Part shown: piece after piece, positions 1 through 13,152 of the stretch
Numbering within the stretch: the stretch's first letter is position 1
Layout: the number at the start of each line of letters is the position of its first letter
Source: an uncultured delta proteobacterium
GTDB taxonomy: Bacteria; Myxococcota_A; UBA9160; SZUA-336
Direction of reading: 5' to 3'
Assembly (NCBI GenBank): GCA_963704165.1
Contig: CAVPHD010000003.1
Location: 224,001 to 288,000 of the forward strand
DNA length: 64,000 nucleotides
The notes under the pieces: model-generated
The model's input: the letters and a program-made list of their open reading frames with translations, nothing else
What the model was told of the DNA's origin: nothing
The model's database searches: none
Made by a program: the position numbers and the translations under genes

Positions 1-1088
1 TGGTCGGGATCCTTGAACTTCACGTCGAAGAGGAACGGGGTCTCGACGACCTGGATCCGAAGCGCCGGCACCGGCGAGAGCTTTCGGTCCGCGAACGCCT
101 TCATGTCGATGCCTTCTTGATCGAGCGGCGTCGCGTTCTTGATCTTGATGCGATCCTGGTTGATGCCTTCGTTCTCCAGGAACTTCTGGATCTCGTCGGC
201 GCGTTCGTCGGCGAGGAAGGTATCGCCACGGGCGCGCAGCTCGTCGGCGGTGACCATGCCCTCGATCTCGATTCGAAGGTAGGGCTTCTGCTCGAGCACC
301 TTCGTCGCGGCGAAGATCTGCTCCCACTTGTCCTTCGGAACCTTCTTCTCGTTCTTCTCAAAGACGATTTCGTCGAACTTGACCGTGCCCACGATCTGGC
401 CGCGATCCCAGTTCTCGCCGCCGTCCTCGGTCCGGTAGATGTGGCCGTACTCGCCGGCCATCCAGCCGCGCTTCTCGTCCACGAAGAAGACGTCGTTCAG
501 GAAGATGTCGTCGTAGATCTTCTCGCCGCGTTCGAAGGCTTCGAGCTCGTCGTCGCTCAGGTACTTGAAGCTCGGGTGGTCCTCGGTGAGGAGGAAGGAC
601 CGGTCCTGCCAGTTCTTGCCGCCGTCGTTCGTGTAGTAGCGACCGCCCCAATCACCGACGGCCCAGGCCGTGTTCGCCGTGACGGCCGTGATCGCGAACA
701 AGTGCTGCGAGGGCTTGCGCGGGATGCTCTGCAGCTCCCAGGTGTCTCCGCCGTCGGTCGTGTGGATCACGAATCCGCGTCGGCCGACGGCCCAACCGTT
801 CTTCTCGTCCGCGAAGTCGATGTCGTAGATCGACTGGTCGGTCATCCCGTCGAGCTTTCGCCAGCTCTTCCCACCGTCGAGGGTGCGGTAGATGGCGCCG
901 AAGTAACCGGCGGCCCACAAGTGGTCCGCTCCGATCGCGGTCACGGCGTAGAGATCGTCGGGGAGATCGATCTCTCCTTCCGCGTACTTCTCTTCGTACG
1001 ACTCCTCCATGCAGCCGCTCGAGAGGAACGCGACCAATCCGAGGCAAGCGAGAGCGCGCACTCCGCGCACGACGAACCAGCTGTTCAA
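1..1088 (-). CDS. YCF48/BNR-repeat beta-propeller lipoprotein with inserted OmpA-like domain (3' end outside window)
   Basis: Manually translated, not in the ORF track. TTG start after GGGGAGGGG; MNSWFVVRGVRALACLGLVAFLSSG-C lipobox; repeated IYRTxDGGxxW BNR motifs; OmpA-like segment near 45-378. Confidence 0.8.
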   Translation of the reverse strand, partial: MNSWFVVRGVRALACLGLVAFLSSGCMEESYEEKYAEGEIDLPDDLYAVTAIGADHLWAAGYFGAIYRTLDGGKSWRKLDGMTDQSIYDIDFADEKNGWAVGRRGFVIHTTDGGDTWELQSIPRKPSQHLFAITAVTANTAWAVGDWGGRYYTNDGGKNWQDRSFLLTEDHPSFKYLSDDELEAFERGEKIYDDIFLNDVFFVDEKRGWMAGEYGHIYRTEDGGENWDRGQIVGTVKFDEIVFEKNEKKVPKDKWEQIFAATKVLEQKPYLRIEIEGMVTADELRARGDTFLADERADEIQKFLENEGINQDRIKIKNATPLDQEGIDMKAFADRKLSPVPALRIQVVETPFLFDVKFKDPD

Positions 1089-1217
1089 TGCCCCTCCCCG
1101 TCGAAACCCGCGGCGCGTCGCACCGCTGCAAAATGCGAAGACGAACCAGCAAACCGGCGCGCAAGTCGCAGAGCCTCCCCAAGGGGAGAGTTCATCGATC
1201 TCGATGACCGGTGGCCG

Positions 1218-1247
1218 TTTCTATTACGGGGGTGAAGCCGGTGTCAA
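1218..1247 (-). promoter_or_regulatory. Putative sigma70 promoter of the YCF48-like gene
   Basis: TTGACA (1247-1242), 18 nt spacer, TAGAAA (1223-1218). Confidence 0.5.
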
Positions 1248-1344
1248 GCATCGGGCCCGATCCGACACACGGATGTGCAGCTTTTGCGCAAGAAGCCGGG
1301 GCCTCGAGGCGACTCCATGATGCGTCGCGTCTAGAATCCGCCGC

Positions 1345-2652
1345 ATGACGGCATTCGCGAGCGATGGGCGACACCCGAGGTCTCCCGCAACGACCCTGGC
1401 GAGCGCGGCGATTCGCGCCGCTGCGAGCGATTGGAGGCCGCTCAGGGGGAAGCGCACGCGTGCCGAGCGCGATGCCGATGCCGGCCGGAGGATGGCCCTG
1501 GCATTCGGCTCGCTCCGCGGGATCTACACGAAGCTGGGCCACCAGCTGGCGACCCGCGTCGATGCACTTTCGGACGAGTTTCGCGCCCCGCTCGCTGCGC
1601 TCGGCGATTCGGCTCCGCCGGTTCCCTTCGAACGGATCCGTGCGGAGATCTCGCGCGCGCTCGGTTCGGCCGAGCGCTTCGCGTGGATCGATCCCGAGCC
1701 GCTCGGAACCGGATCGATCGCGCAGGTCCATCGCGCGCGCCTCCGCAGCGGCGCGGTGGTCGCGGTCAAAGTGCGTCATGCCGAACTGACGCCGGACCGG
1801 ATCGCCCGCGACGTGCGGAGGCTTCGCCGCATCGCCTGGGTGCTGCGGCCCTGGCTCGGACGAGGCGACGCCTCGGAGATCATCGACGGTCTATCCGATG
1901 CGCTGCTTCGCGAGATCGATTTCGAGTTCGAGGGACGTGTCGCCGAAGCGATCGCTCGCGACCTCGAGGACGACTCCCGAATCGTCGTACCGCGCGTGCA
2001 TTGGGAGGCGACTTCGCGAAGCGTGCTCACCCTCGACTACGTGCCTCGCGTGCGCTTCGACGATCGCTCGGCGCTCGAGGCGCGCGGCGTCTCCCTCGAA
2101 GCGGTGCTGGCGATCGTCGCCGACGCCTATGGCCGACAGGTCTTCGGACACGGGCTGTTTCACGCCGACCCCCACGCGGGGAACCTCTACGTCGTCGACG
2201 AGCCGGGTCCCGAACCGCGCGTTCTCTTCGTCGATTTCGGCCTGGCGGAACGCCTCTCGCCGCACACCCGCGAAGAGCTTCGCAGCGGACTGAAGGCGCT
2301 GTTGAAGCGCGACGTCGACGGCCTGCTCGCCGGACTCGAGAGAATTCGAGCGCTCGTACCGGGTCGTGAGGCCCGGGCGCGCGAAGCGCTCGTAGCGGCA
2401 CTCGACGGCGGCGCGGCCGGGGCGCTCGGCGCGAACGCGGCCGACATCCGGATCATGAAATCACTGGGCAAGCGCCTCGTGCACGAGAGCGGCGCGTTTC
2501 GAGTGCCGCGCGAGCTTCTGCTCTGGGTGCGCACGCTCGCCCACGTCTACGACTTGTTCGAGCAGATCGCACCGGGTGCGGATCCGATGCGGCGTCTCTT
2601 GCCGCACGTCCTGCGCTTCGTGACCGAGGACGGCGAGAACGCTACTCGATGA
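1345..2652 (+). CDS. UbiB/ABC1/AarF family atypical kinase
   Basis: KLGHQLATR, SIAQVHRARL, VAVKV, FHADPHAGN and VDFG motifs. Confidence 0.9.
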   Translation: MTAFASDGRHPRSPATTLASAAIRAAASDWRPLRGKRTRAERDADAGRRMALAFGSLRGIYTKLGHQLATRVDALSDEFRAPLAALGDSAPPVPFERIRAEISRALGSAERFAWIDPEPLGTGSIAQVHRARLRSGAVVAVKVRHAELTPDRIARDVRRLRRIAWVLRPWLGRGDASEIIDGLSDALLREIDFEFEGRVAEAIARDLEDDSRIVVPRVHWEATSRSVLTLDYVPRVRFDDRSALEARGVSLEAVLAIVADAYGRQVFGHGLFHADPHAGNLYVVDEPGPEPRVLFVDFGLAERLSPHTREELRSGLKALLKRDVDGLLAGLERIRALVPGREARAREALVAALDGGAAGALGANAADIRIMKSLGKRLVHESGAFRVPRELLLWVRTLAHVYDLFEQIAPGADPMRRLLPHVLRFVTEDGENATR

Positions 2653-3340
2653 TCTGATCTCGGATCAGCTTTGCGAGGATCTCGAGGGTGCGGACGCGAT
2701 CGGACGTCGAGAGGCTGATCAGATCGCCGATCGTCACACGTCCGTCGACCTGGGCGAGCATGAATCCCTCGTCGGTCCGGAGCTTCAGCTTCATGATCTC
2801 CGCGAGGCTGATCCGCCGGCGCAAGACCCGACCCTGGTCTCCGATCTCCTTCGCCCACGTCTGCGCGCGCTCGGTGCGCACGAGCTGCAGGTAGCCCTGA
2901 ACGTCGAGTCGCTCCGGCTGCGCCTTGGCCACGTCGTTGAGCTCGCGCCAGGCGTCGTCGTAGCGCCCCTCCTTGTAGGCCTGCAGCGCGAGCTGCAGCT
3001 GGGTGTCGGGATCGTCGTCGGTCTCGAACTCGATGATCGGGCTGCTCTTGGGAGTGTCGTCGTCGTCGGTGACGATCCGACCGGCCGTTACGCTCCCGGT
3101 GGATGGCCCCGACGAGTTCCCCGCGGCGCGCGCCGGTCCGGAAGCAGGTGGCGTCTTCTTGCGCGCCCCGCCGTTCTCCTCGTAGGCCGTCTCGAGATAG
3201 TCGTGGACCGCCTGGTTCTCCGGGTCGAGCGCACGCGCCTGCTCCCAGCACGCGATTGCGCCGTCGAGATCGCCCAACCCGTAGTGGTTGAGCCCTCGCT
3301 TCAGCAGGCGCGTCACATCATCGTGTCGGGACTCGCTCAA
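2642..3340 (-). CDS. TPR protein with C-terminal winged-helix-like (DUF4388-associated type) region
   Basis: TPR motifs (GDLDGAIACWEQARALDPEN; GRYDDAWREL); C-terminal EGFMLAQVDGRVTIGDLI segment. Confidence 0.7.
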   Translation of the reverse strand: MSESRHDDVTRLLKRGLNHYGLGDLDGAIACWEQARALDPENQAVHDYLETAYEENGGARKKTPPASGPARAAGNSSGPSTGSVTAGRIVTDDDDTPKSSPIIEFETDDDPDTQLQLALQAYKEGRYDDAWRELNDVAKAQPERLDVQGYLQLVRTERAQTWAKEIGDQGRVLRRRISLAEIMKLKLRTDEGFMLAQVDGRVTIGDLISLSTSDRVRTLEILAKLIRDQIIE

Positions 3341-3349
3341 CGCCGGATC

Positions 3350-4930
<1,581 letters not shown>

Positions 4931-4954
4931 CTCTTCCTCATGACTCGAAGCTCT

Positions 4955-5968
4955 TCATAGGGTCTGCAAGGCCTGACGGACTTCCTTGTCCATCGGATCG
5001 AGCTCCCAGGCGCGCTGCAGGTGCTTGCGCGCCTTCTGCACGTCGCCTGCCTGCCGATAGATGGACCCGAGCGACTTCCGGAAGCGCAGGTTGTCTTCGT
5101 CCAGCGATGCCGCGCGTTCGCCGTACAGCGCGGCCTTCGCGAGGTCGCCCACCGACTCGAAGAGCAGGACCGACAGCTGGTGCGCGAGCTCGGCGTCGGT
5201 CGGACAGAGCTGCGAGGCTTCCTCGAGCAGCTCCGCCGCTCCGACGCGGTCGCCGTGAAGCAAGAGGTCCGCCTTGCGCCGGACGTCGGCCGCGCGCTCG
5301 GAGTTCGCGCGCGGAAGCAGATCCGCGAGCTCGTCGTGGTACTGCTTCTCGCGCGGGTCGAACGCGAGCGCGAGTTCGACGAGCTGCGCCGCCCGAGTCC
5401 ACGAGCCCGCCGCCTTCTGCTGAAGCGCCGCCTCGAAGTGCTTGCGCGCGCGCGCGCGGCTCTGTTCGAGCGCGTTCTCCAGGGCACTGAGCACGAGCCC
5501 CGGAGACTGCAGGCCCAGGCGATTGCGGAGCGACGATCCGCGGCCACCCGGAGGCGCCGATGTCCGCCTCGGCGCAGCTCGCGGCGGAGTAGCGGTCGGT
5601 CGCGACTTCGCGGCGGCGTTTGGCTCGGGCAGCGACTTCTGATAGCTCGATCGCAGCTTCGGATCGCGGAGCACGTCGTGTGCAGCGACGATGCGCTTGT
5701 AGATCTCGTTCAGGAGCGCCGCATACGGTCCGAGCTCCTTCGTGAAGTAGCGATCCGGATGGAACACCTTCGAGCGCTCGAAGAACGCATCGCGGATCTC
5801 CTCCGGCGACGCGGTGCGGGCAACACCGAGGAGCTGGAAGTAGTCGAGCTCGGGAAGCACGCGCGCGAGCTCTCGGATCTCCGCCTGAAAGGCGTCCGGC
5901 AGGTCCACGCGCACGTTCGTCCGCGAAGCCTCGGTAGAGGCCACTCCGCGGTCGTGGCTCGAGCTCAT
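4955..5968 (-). CDS. J-domain (HPD) co-chaperone with C-terminal TPRs
   Basis: DYFQLLGV...FHPDRY...AHDVLRDP J-domain followed by TPR repeats. Confidence 0.88.
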   Translation of the reverse strand: MSSSHDRGVASTEASRTNVRVDLPDAFQAEIRELARVLPELDYFQLLGVARTASPEEIRDAFFERSKVFHPDRYFTKELGPYAALLNEIYKRIVAAHDVLRDPKLRSSYQKSLPEPNAAAKSRPTATPPRAAPRRTSAPPGGRGSSLRNRLGLQSPGLVLSALENALEQSRARARKHFEAALQQKAAGSWTRAAQLVELALAFDPREKQYHDELADLLPRANSERAADVRRKADLLLHGDRVGAAELLEEASQLCPTDAELAHQLSVLLFESVGDLAKAALYGERAASLDEDNLRFRKSLGSIYRQAGDVQKARKHLQRAWELDPMDKEVRQALQTL

Positions 5969-6084
5969 CCCGTCTCCACTCCGATGCGCAAGTTCGCATC
6001 GAAGCTATCGGGGAGGCTCGCACCGAAGTTGAGAGCGCGGGTCACCCATCGCCGCGATTGGCGAGGCTGTCGCGTTGCCGGCGA

Positions 6085-7010
<926 letters not shown>

Positions 7011-7033
<23 letters not shown>

Positions 7034-7886
7034 GCTTCGTCCCCACGCCGCCATCGGTGAAGATCTCGAGCAGGAGTGCGTGCGGCACGCGCCCGTCGAT
7101 GATGTGAGCAGCGGTCACGCCGCGCTCGAGCGCGTGAACCGCGCACTCGAGCTTGGGAATCATGCCACCCTTCACGGTGCCGATCCCGATCGCGTCGCGA
7201 ACCTGTGCTTCGCTCATCTGCGCGATCAGCGTCTTGTCTTCGTCGAGCACGCCGACCACGTCCGTCAGCAGGATCAACTTCTCGGCCGAGAGCGCTTCGG
7301 CGATCGCGCCTGCGGCGGTATCGGCGTTCACGTTGTAGGTCGCTCCCGCACCATCGACGCCGACGGGCGCGATCACGGGGATGAAGCCGTCCTTGGTCAA
7401 CGTGCGAATCAGCGAGACGTCGACGCGCTCGGGCGTCCCGACGCGGCCGAGGTCGCGCCCGCCCGGACCGAGCAGCTTGCGCACGCGCAGGAAACCGCCC
7501 GAATCCTTCCCGGTCAGTCCGATCGCCCGACCGCCGGCGTCGCCGATCAGCGACACGATCTCGGCGTTGATCTGACCGCCGAGCACCATCTCGACCACTT
7601 CCATGGTCTCGTCGTCGGTCACGCGCACGCCATCGACGAACTCGGACTGCTTTCCGAGGCGCGTGAGCATCCGCCCGATCTGCGGCCCCCCGCCGTGAAC
7701 GATCACGGGCCGCAGACCGATGAACCGGAGCAGTGTCACGTCGGTGGCGAACGACGACTTCAAGGCGTCGTTCTCCATCGCGGCGCCGCCGTACTTGATG
7801 ACGACCGTCTTGTCGCTGAATGTGCGGATGTACGGCAGCGCCTCGACGAGGATCTTCGCCTTGCGGATCAGCTCTTCCATGTCCAT
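7011..7886 (-). CDS. argB: Acetylglutamate kinase
   Basis: [29 protein letters not shown]. Confidence 0.96.
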
Positions 7887-9202
7887 CTAGAGGATGAACC
7901 GGGAGAGTTCCCGGTCACCCGCGATGTCGGCGAGGCTTTCGCGCACGCGCGCGCCGTCGAAGACGACCGAGGTACCGCCGAGATCGGGCGCCTCGAAGAG
8001 CGTCTCGTCGAGCAGGCGTTCGAGCACCGTGTGGAGTCGCCGCGCGCCGATGTTCTCGGTGGACTGGTTCACGAGCGCGGCGATCCGCGCGATCTCGCGG
8101 ATCGCGTCCGGCTTGAACGACAGGGTCACGCCCTCGGTCGCCAGGAGCGCCTCGTACTGCTTCACGAGCGCATTGTGTGGCTCCTCGAGGATCCGCACAA
8201 ACGCCGCCTCGTCGAGGTTCTCGAGCTCGACGCGGATCGGAAAACGACCCTGCAGTTCCGGAATCAGATCGGACGGGCGCGAGGTGTGAAACGCCCCGGC
8301 GGCGATGAAGAGCACGTGGTCGGTTCGCACGGTTCCGTGCTTGGTCTGTACGCTCGTGCCCTCGACGATCGGCAGCAGATCACGCTGCACGCCCTCGCGC
8401 GAGACGTCCGGACCCCCGTGCCCTTCGCGGCGGGCGATCTTGTCGATCTCGTCGATGAAGACGATTCCGGTCTGCTCGACGCGCTGCACCGCCTTCTCGC
8501 GGACGGAATCCGGATCGAGCATGCGAGCGGCTTCGTCGTCGCGAAGCAGCTCGCGCGCCTGCGCGACCTTCACGCGCCGCGCCCGCGTCTTCTTCGGCAG
8601 GAGCCCCCCATCATGTCCTTCAGCGCGACGCCGATGTCCTCGACGCCCGGCGGCGAGAAGATCTCGAGCCCGGTTCCCGCGCGCTCGGGCAGGTCGATCT
8701 CGACTTCTCGCTCCTCGAGTTCGCCGGCGCGAAGCATCTCGCGCATGCGCTCGCGCGTGGTGTCGGGCGAGGAGCCCGCACCGGGTTTTCGCGGGAAGAG
8801 CGCATCGAGCAGCCGCTCCTCGGCAATCCGCTCGGCGGAGGCGCGGACCTTCTCCATCTCCTCTTCGCGCACGAGCTTCATGCCGACCTCGACGAGATCG
8901 CGAACGATCGACTCGACGTCCCGGCCGACGTAGCCGACCTCGGTGAACTTCGAGGCTTCGACCTTGCTGAACGGCGCCGCCGCGAGCTTCGCGAGGCGAC
9001 GCGCGATCTCGGTCTTGCCGACGCCGGTCGGCCCGATCATCAGGATGTTCTTCGGCTGGATCTCGTCCCGGAGCTCGCCCTCGACCTGCTGCCTTCGCCA
9101 GCGGTTTCGCAGCGCGATCGCGACGGCCCGCTTCGCGGCGTTCTGACCGACGATGTAGCGGTCGAGCTCCGACACCACCTCGCGCGGGGTGAAGGTCTTC
9201 AT
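7887..9202 (-). CDS. hslU: HslU ATPase subunit (apparent 1-nt deletion in the C-run at 8604-8609)
   Basis: [51 protein letters not shown], terminal SRFIL. Confidence 0.93.
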
Positions 9203-9747
9203 GACTCGAGCTCCTCGACGGTGATCTGGTCGTTCGTGTACAGGCAGATCTCGGCGGCGATGCGCAGCGCCCGTTCGGCGATCTCGCGCGCGGAGAGCTC
9301 GGTCGCATCCATGAGCGCCCTCGCGGCCGCGAGCGCGTACGGGCCGCCCGAGCCGATCGCCGTGACGCCGCTGTCGGGCTCGATCACGTCGCCGTTGCCG
9401 GAGATCACCAGCAGGTCCTGCGCGTCCGCGACGATCAAGAGCGCCTCGAGACGCCTCATCATCCGGTCGGTACGCCAGTCCTTGGCGAGCTCGACCGCGG
9501 CGCGGCGCAAGATCCCGCCACGCTCCTCGAGCTTGGCCTCGAATCGCTCCGCGAGCGCGAACGCATCGGCCGTGGAGCCGGCGAAGCCCGCGAGGACTCT
9601 TCCACCGCGCAGGCGCTGGATCTTGCGCGCGGTCCGCTTCATCACGGTGGTGCCCATCGTGACCTGACCGTCTCCGGCGATCACGACGCGACCGCCGCGG
9701 CGGACGGCGACGACGGTGGTTCCATGGAACTCGACGGACTTCGTCAT
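9199..9747 (-). CDS. hslV: HslV protease subunit
   Basis: [28 protein letters not shown]. Confidence 0.95.
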   Translation of the reverse strand: MTKSVEFHGTTVVAVRRGGRVVIAGDGQVTMGTTVMKRTARKIQRLRGGRVLAGFAGSTADAFALAERFEAKLEERGGILRRAAVELAKDWRTDRMMRRLEALLIVADAQDLLVISGNGDVIEPDSGVTAIGSGGPYALAAARALMDATELSAREIAERALRIAAEICLYTNDQITVEELES

Positions 9748-10655
9748 GCTTTCTCGGTTCCCTTGGCGCGAGGGTGCGCCTGGCGATAGACCCGCGCCAG
9801 GCGCTCGGCCGAAACGTGGGTATAGCGCTGAGTCGTGGAGAGTCGCTCGTGTCCGAGCAGCTCCTGGATCGCGCGAAGGTCGACGTCGGCATCGAGCAGG
9901 TGCGTGGCGTAGGAATGGCGCAGCGTGTGCGGGCTCGCCGGTCGGGCGATCCCCGCCACGAGCATCCTGCGGCGCAGGATCACGCGCACGCCGCGCTCGG
10001 ACAGCGCGAGACCGCGCGCGTTCGTGAAGAGGGGCTTTGCGAGCAGACCCTGGGGTTCGCGGAGACCGAGCCAGGCAAGGAGCGCTTCGCGCGCCTTCGC
10101 GGGCACCGGAACGATCCGCTCCTTGCTGCCCTTGCCGAGCACACGGAGCTCCCGCCGGTCGGCGTACCAATCGCGAACGCGCAGGCGAGAAAGCTCGCCG
10201 ACGCGCAGGCCGGTGCCGTAGAGCAGCTCGAAAAGAGCGCGGTCGCGGACCGCGAGTCGAGGCGCCCGGTCCCGCTCCTCGGCTTCGACCAGGGTCTCGC
10301 AGTCCTCGGCCGAGAGTGGCGCCGGCAGCCGTCGCTCTGCCTTCGGCCCCGGGAGTCCCTCGGTCGGATCGGCCACGCGGTCGCCGCCGCGCACGCGGAA
10401 GCGGAAGAACGCGCGCAGCGCGGCGAGTCGGCGATTGCGCGTGGAGGGCTTGTGCGTCCGGTGAAAGCTCGCGAGGTAGGAACGGACTGCGAGCGCGTCG
10501 ATCTGGTCGAGTCCGCCACTTCGCGCGCATTCGGGTCGCTCGGCCAGCCGCGCCGCCTCCGAGAGATACGCGCGCAGCGTGTGTTTCGAGAGTCCACGCT
10601 CGGCCTCGAGATGGCGTGAAAATGCGGCAATCGCGCGAGCGTCGGCGCTCGTCAC
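9744..10655 (-). CDS. xerC: Tyrosine recombinase XerC
   Basis: [23 protein letters not shown]...TTQRY; located between trmFO and hslV. Confidence 0.9.
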   Translation of the reverse strand: MTSADARAIAAFSRHLEAERGLSKHTLRAYLSEAARLAERPECARSGGLDQIDALAVRSYLASFHRTHKPSTRNRRLAALRAFFRFRVRGGDRVADPTEGLPGPKAERRLPAPLSAEDCETLVEAEERDRAPRLAVRDRALFELLYGTGLRVGELSRLRVRDWYADRRELRVLGKGSKERIVPVPAKAREALLAWLGLREPQGLLAKPLFTNARGLALSERGVRVILRRRMLVAGIARPASPHTLRHSYATHLLDADVDLRAIQELLGHERLSTTQRYTHVSAERLARVYRQAHPRAKGTEKA

Positions 10656-11992
10656 GGCTGCACGGGGACCGCGCGGACCGCCCGCGTCCAGGACTCGAGG
10701 TCCGCGAGCGCGCGATCCGCGATCCGGACGTTGCGCTCGCGCCGCGGAGCGCGCGCCGCCTCGCCCTCGAGTGGCGGGAACAGGCCGAAGTTCACGTTCA
10801 TGGGTTGGAAGTGGCGCGGATTCGCCTCGCGCAGGTGCCGGAGCAGCGCACCGAGCGCCGTCGTCGTCGGGGGAATCGGTGCCTCGGACGCACCCGCCTT
10901 CGCGGCGACGAAGACGCCGGCGAGCAGGCCGAGCGCGGCGGACTCGACGTAGCCTTCGACGCCGGCCATCTGCCCCGCGAAGTGGAGCCCCGGACGTCCG
11001 CGGTGCTGAAGTCGCTCGTCCAGGAGCAGCGGCGCGCGGATGAACGTGTTGCGATGCACGGAGCCGAAGCGCGCGAAGACGGCGTTGGCCATGCCCGGCA
11101 GGGCGCGGAAGATCCGTTTCTGTTCGCCCACCTTCATCTTGGTCTGGAATCCGACGAGGTTGTAGAGCGTGCCCGCCTTGTCCTCCTGGCGCAGCTGAAC
11201 GACCGCATACGGTGCAGGGCCGCCGCGTCGATCCTCGAGCCCGACGGGCTTCATCGGGCCGAACGAGAGCGTCTCCGCTCCGCGCTCGGCCATCACTTCG
11301 ATCGGCAGGCAGCCCTCGAAGTACTGCGGCTTCTCGAACGGGTGCAGCGGTGTCTTCTCGGCGGCGAGGAGCTCCGAGACGAACGCGTGATACTCGTCGC
11401 GCGAGAGCGGGATGTTCAGGTAGTCGCCGTCGTCCTCGGCCGGATCGCGCCACCGCGAGGCGCGGAAGATCACGTCGAGATCGAGGCTGTCGGCGTGAAC
11501 GACGGGCGCGATCGAGTCGTAGAAGTAGAGCGCATCACCGCAGAGCTTCTGCACTTCCGCGGCGAGCGCGTCGCTGGTGAGCGGTCCGGTCGCGAGGATC
11601 GCGAGACCCTCGGGAAGCTCGCTCACTTCACGGCGCACGAGCTCGATCGCCGGCTCCGCTTCGATCCGCTCGGTGATCGCGTTCGCGAACGCGATCCGGT
11701 CCACGGCCAGCGCCGATCCCGCGGGAACGCGATTGGCGTCGGCGGCCGCAAGCACGAGCGAGCCCGCGCGACGCAGCTCCTCGTGGAGAAGTCCGACCGC
11801 GTTCTCGCGCGCATCCGAGCGCAGGCTGTTCGAGCAGACGAGCTCTCCGAGCGCATCGGTCGAGTGGGCCGGCGATGTGCGCTCGGGCCGCATCTCGAAC
11901 AGGCGCACCGACACGCCCCTTCGCGCGAGCTGCCACGCGGCCTCACAGCCCGCGAGCCCTCCACCGACCACGGAAACGTGTTGCGACTCCAC
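10652..11992 (-). CDS. trmFO: tRNA (uracil-54) methyltransferase TrmFO
   Basis: [42 protein letters not shown]. Confidence 0.96.
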   Translation of the reverse strand: MESQHVSVVGGGLAGCEAAWQLARRGVSVRLFEMRPERTSPAHSTDALGELVCSNSLRSDARENAVGLLHEELRRAGSLVLAAADANRVPAGSALAVDRIAFANAITERIEAEPAIELVRREVSELPEGLAILATGPLTSDALAAEVQKLCGDALYFYDSIAPVVHADSLDLDVIFRASRWRDPAEDDGDYLNIPLSRDEYHAFVSELLAAEKTPLHPFEKPQYFEGCLPIEVMAERGAETLSFGPMKPVGLEDRRGGPAPYAVVQLRQEDKAGTLYNLVGFQTKMKVGEQKRIFRALPGMANAVFARFGSVHRNTFIRAPLLLDERLQHRGRPGLHFAGQMAGVEGYVESAALGLLAGVFVAAKAGASEAPIPPTTTALGALLRHLREANPRHFQPMNVNFGLFPPLEGEAARAPRRERNVRIADRALADLESWTRAVRAVPVQP

Positions 11993-12015
11993 GCGCGGAG
12001 GATAGCTCGCATGCG

Positions 12016-13101
12016 TCAGGCGGGCCGCGTTCGAGCGAGCCGCGCGCCCTCTCGACGCAGGAGTCCCGCGAGCTCGAGATCGAGCAGGACTCCGGAGAGC
12101 TCGGCGGGACCTCGACCGAGCTCCCGCGCGATGTCGTCCGCGTCGCGTGGACCGTCGGACAGAAGCGCGAGGACGGCGCGGCCGGCGTCGCCCTCGGCCC
12201 CGGGCTCGTCGTGCACCGGCCGCGCTCGCCGGGCGAGCGGACCGAGCACGGCCTCGATCGCATCGGCCGACTCGAGCACCGGAGTCGCGCCGTCGCGGAG
12301 CAGGCGATTCGTGCCGCGCGAGAGATCCGAGTCGATCGGCCCGGGGACGACGAGAACTTCACGGCCCTGCTCGAGAGCATGGCGCGCGGTCCAGAGCGAA
12401 CCGCTCTTCTCGCGCGCCTCGACGATCAGCGTCGCGGCCGCGAGGCCGCTGATCAGTCGATTGCGTTCCGGGAAGTGGTGCGGATGCGCACCCTCGCCGG
12501 GGGCGTGTTCCGAGAGCCACGCGCCGCCCGCGTCGAGGATGCGATTCGCGAGCCGGCGCTGACCGGTCGGTGTCACGCGGTCGAGGCCCGAGGCGAGAAC
12601 GGCGACCGTGTGGCCGCCACCCTCGAGCGCGCCCTCGTGCGCGGCTGCGTCGATGCCGTAGGCAAGACCGCTGACGACCGAGATGCCCGCGGCCGCGACG
12701 TCTCGCGCGAAGTCTCGCGCACTCGCGAGGCCGCGCGCCGATCCCCTTCGCGCGCCGACGATCGCGAGCGCCGGCCGGCCCGGCAGCGCGCCTCGGAGCC
12801 AGACCACGAGCGGCGGATCCGGAATCACCGTCAAGACGTCGGGAAAGTCGGGAGATCCCGGTGCGAGCGCGCGGATCCCGTGAACGCGCGCGTCGGCAAG
12901 AACGCGCTTCGCCGCGGGAGCTTCGCGCGCCCGCTCGACGGCCGCCGCCAGCGCGGGCGCCAGCCAGGCTTCGCGTGTCTTCGCGCGCGCATGGAAGAGC
13001 GCGGCAGCGGAGCCGAATCGCGCGATCAGACGCTGTGCATGTGCGCGCCTCAACCCCGGCAGGCGCGCGAGCTCGACGCGCGCGGCGACTTCCTCGTCCA
13101 C
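12016..13101 (-). CDS. dprA: DNA processing protein DprA
   Basis: [40 protein letters not shown]-terminal winged helix; GTG start after GGAG. Confidence 0.93.
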   Translation of the reverse strand: MDEEVAARVELARLPGLRRAHAQRLIARFGSAAALFHARAKTREAWLAPALAAAVERAREAPAAKRVLADARVHGIRALAPGSPDFPDVLTVIPDPPLVVWLRGALPGRPALAIVGARRGSARGLASARDFARDVAAAGISVVSGLAYGIDAAAHEGALEGGGHTVAVLASGLDRVTPTGQRRLANRILDAGGAWLSEHAPGEGAHPHHFPERNRLISGLAAATLIVEAREKSGSLWTARHALEQGREVLVVPGPIDSDLSRGTNRLLRDGATPVLESADAIEAVLGPLARRARPVHDEPGAEGDAGRAVLALLSDGPRDADDIARELGRGPAELSGVLLDLELAGLLRREGARLARTRPA

Positions 13102-13152
13102 TTCGTCTCCGCGGGACCGCGCGGGGTGACCGGCCGCTAGAGTAGCCGGCAC

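Noticed and set aside
1147..1190. Plus-strand AGCAAACC...GCAA...CGCAGAGCC resembling a c-di-GMP-I riboswitch
   Set aside because: The P2 stem is too short and unpaired, there is no convincing P3, and the downstream gene appears to have its own proximal -10.
9744..10655. Tyrosine recombinase as a mobile-element integrase
   Set aside because: Housekeeping trmFO-xerC-hslVU context; no att sites or cargo seen.
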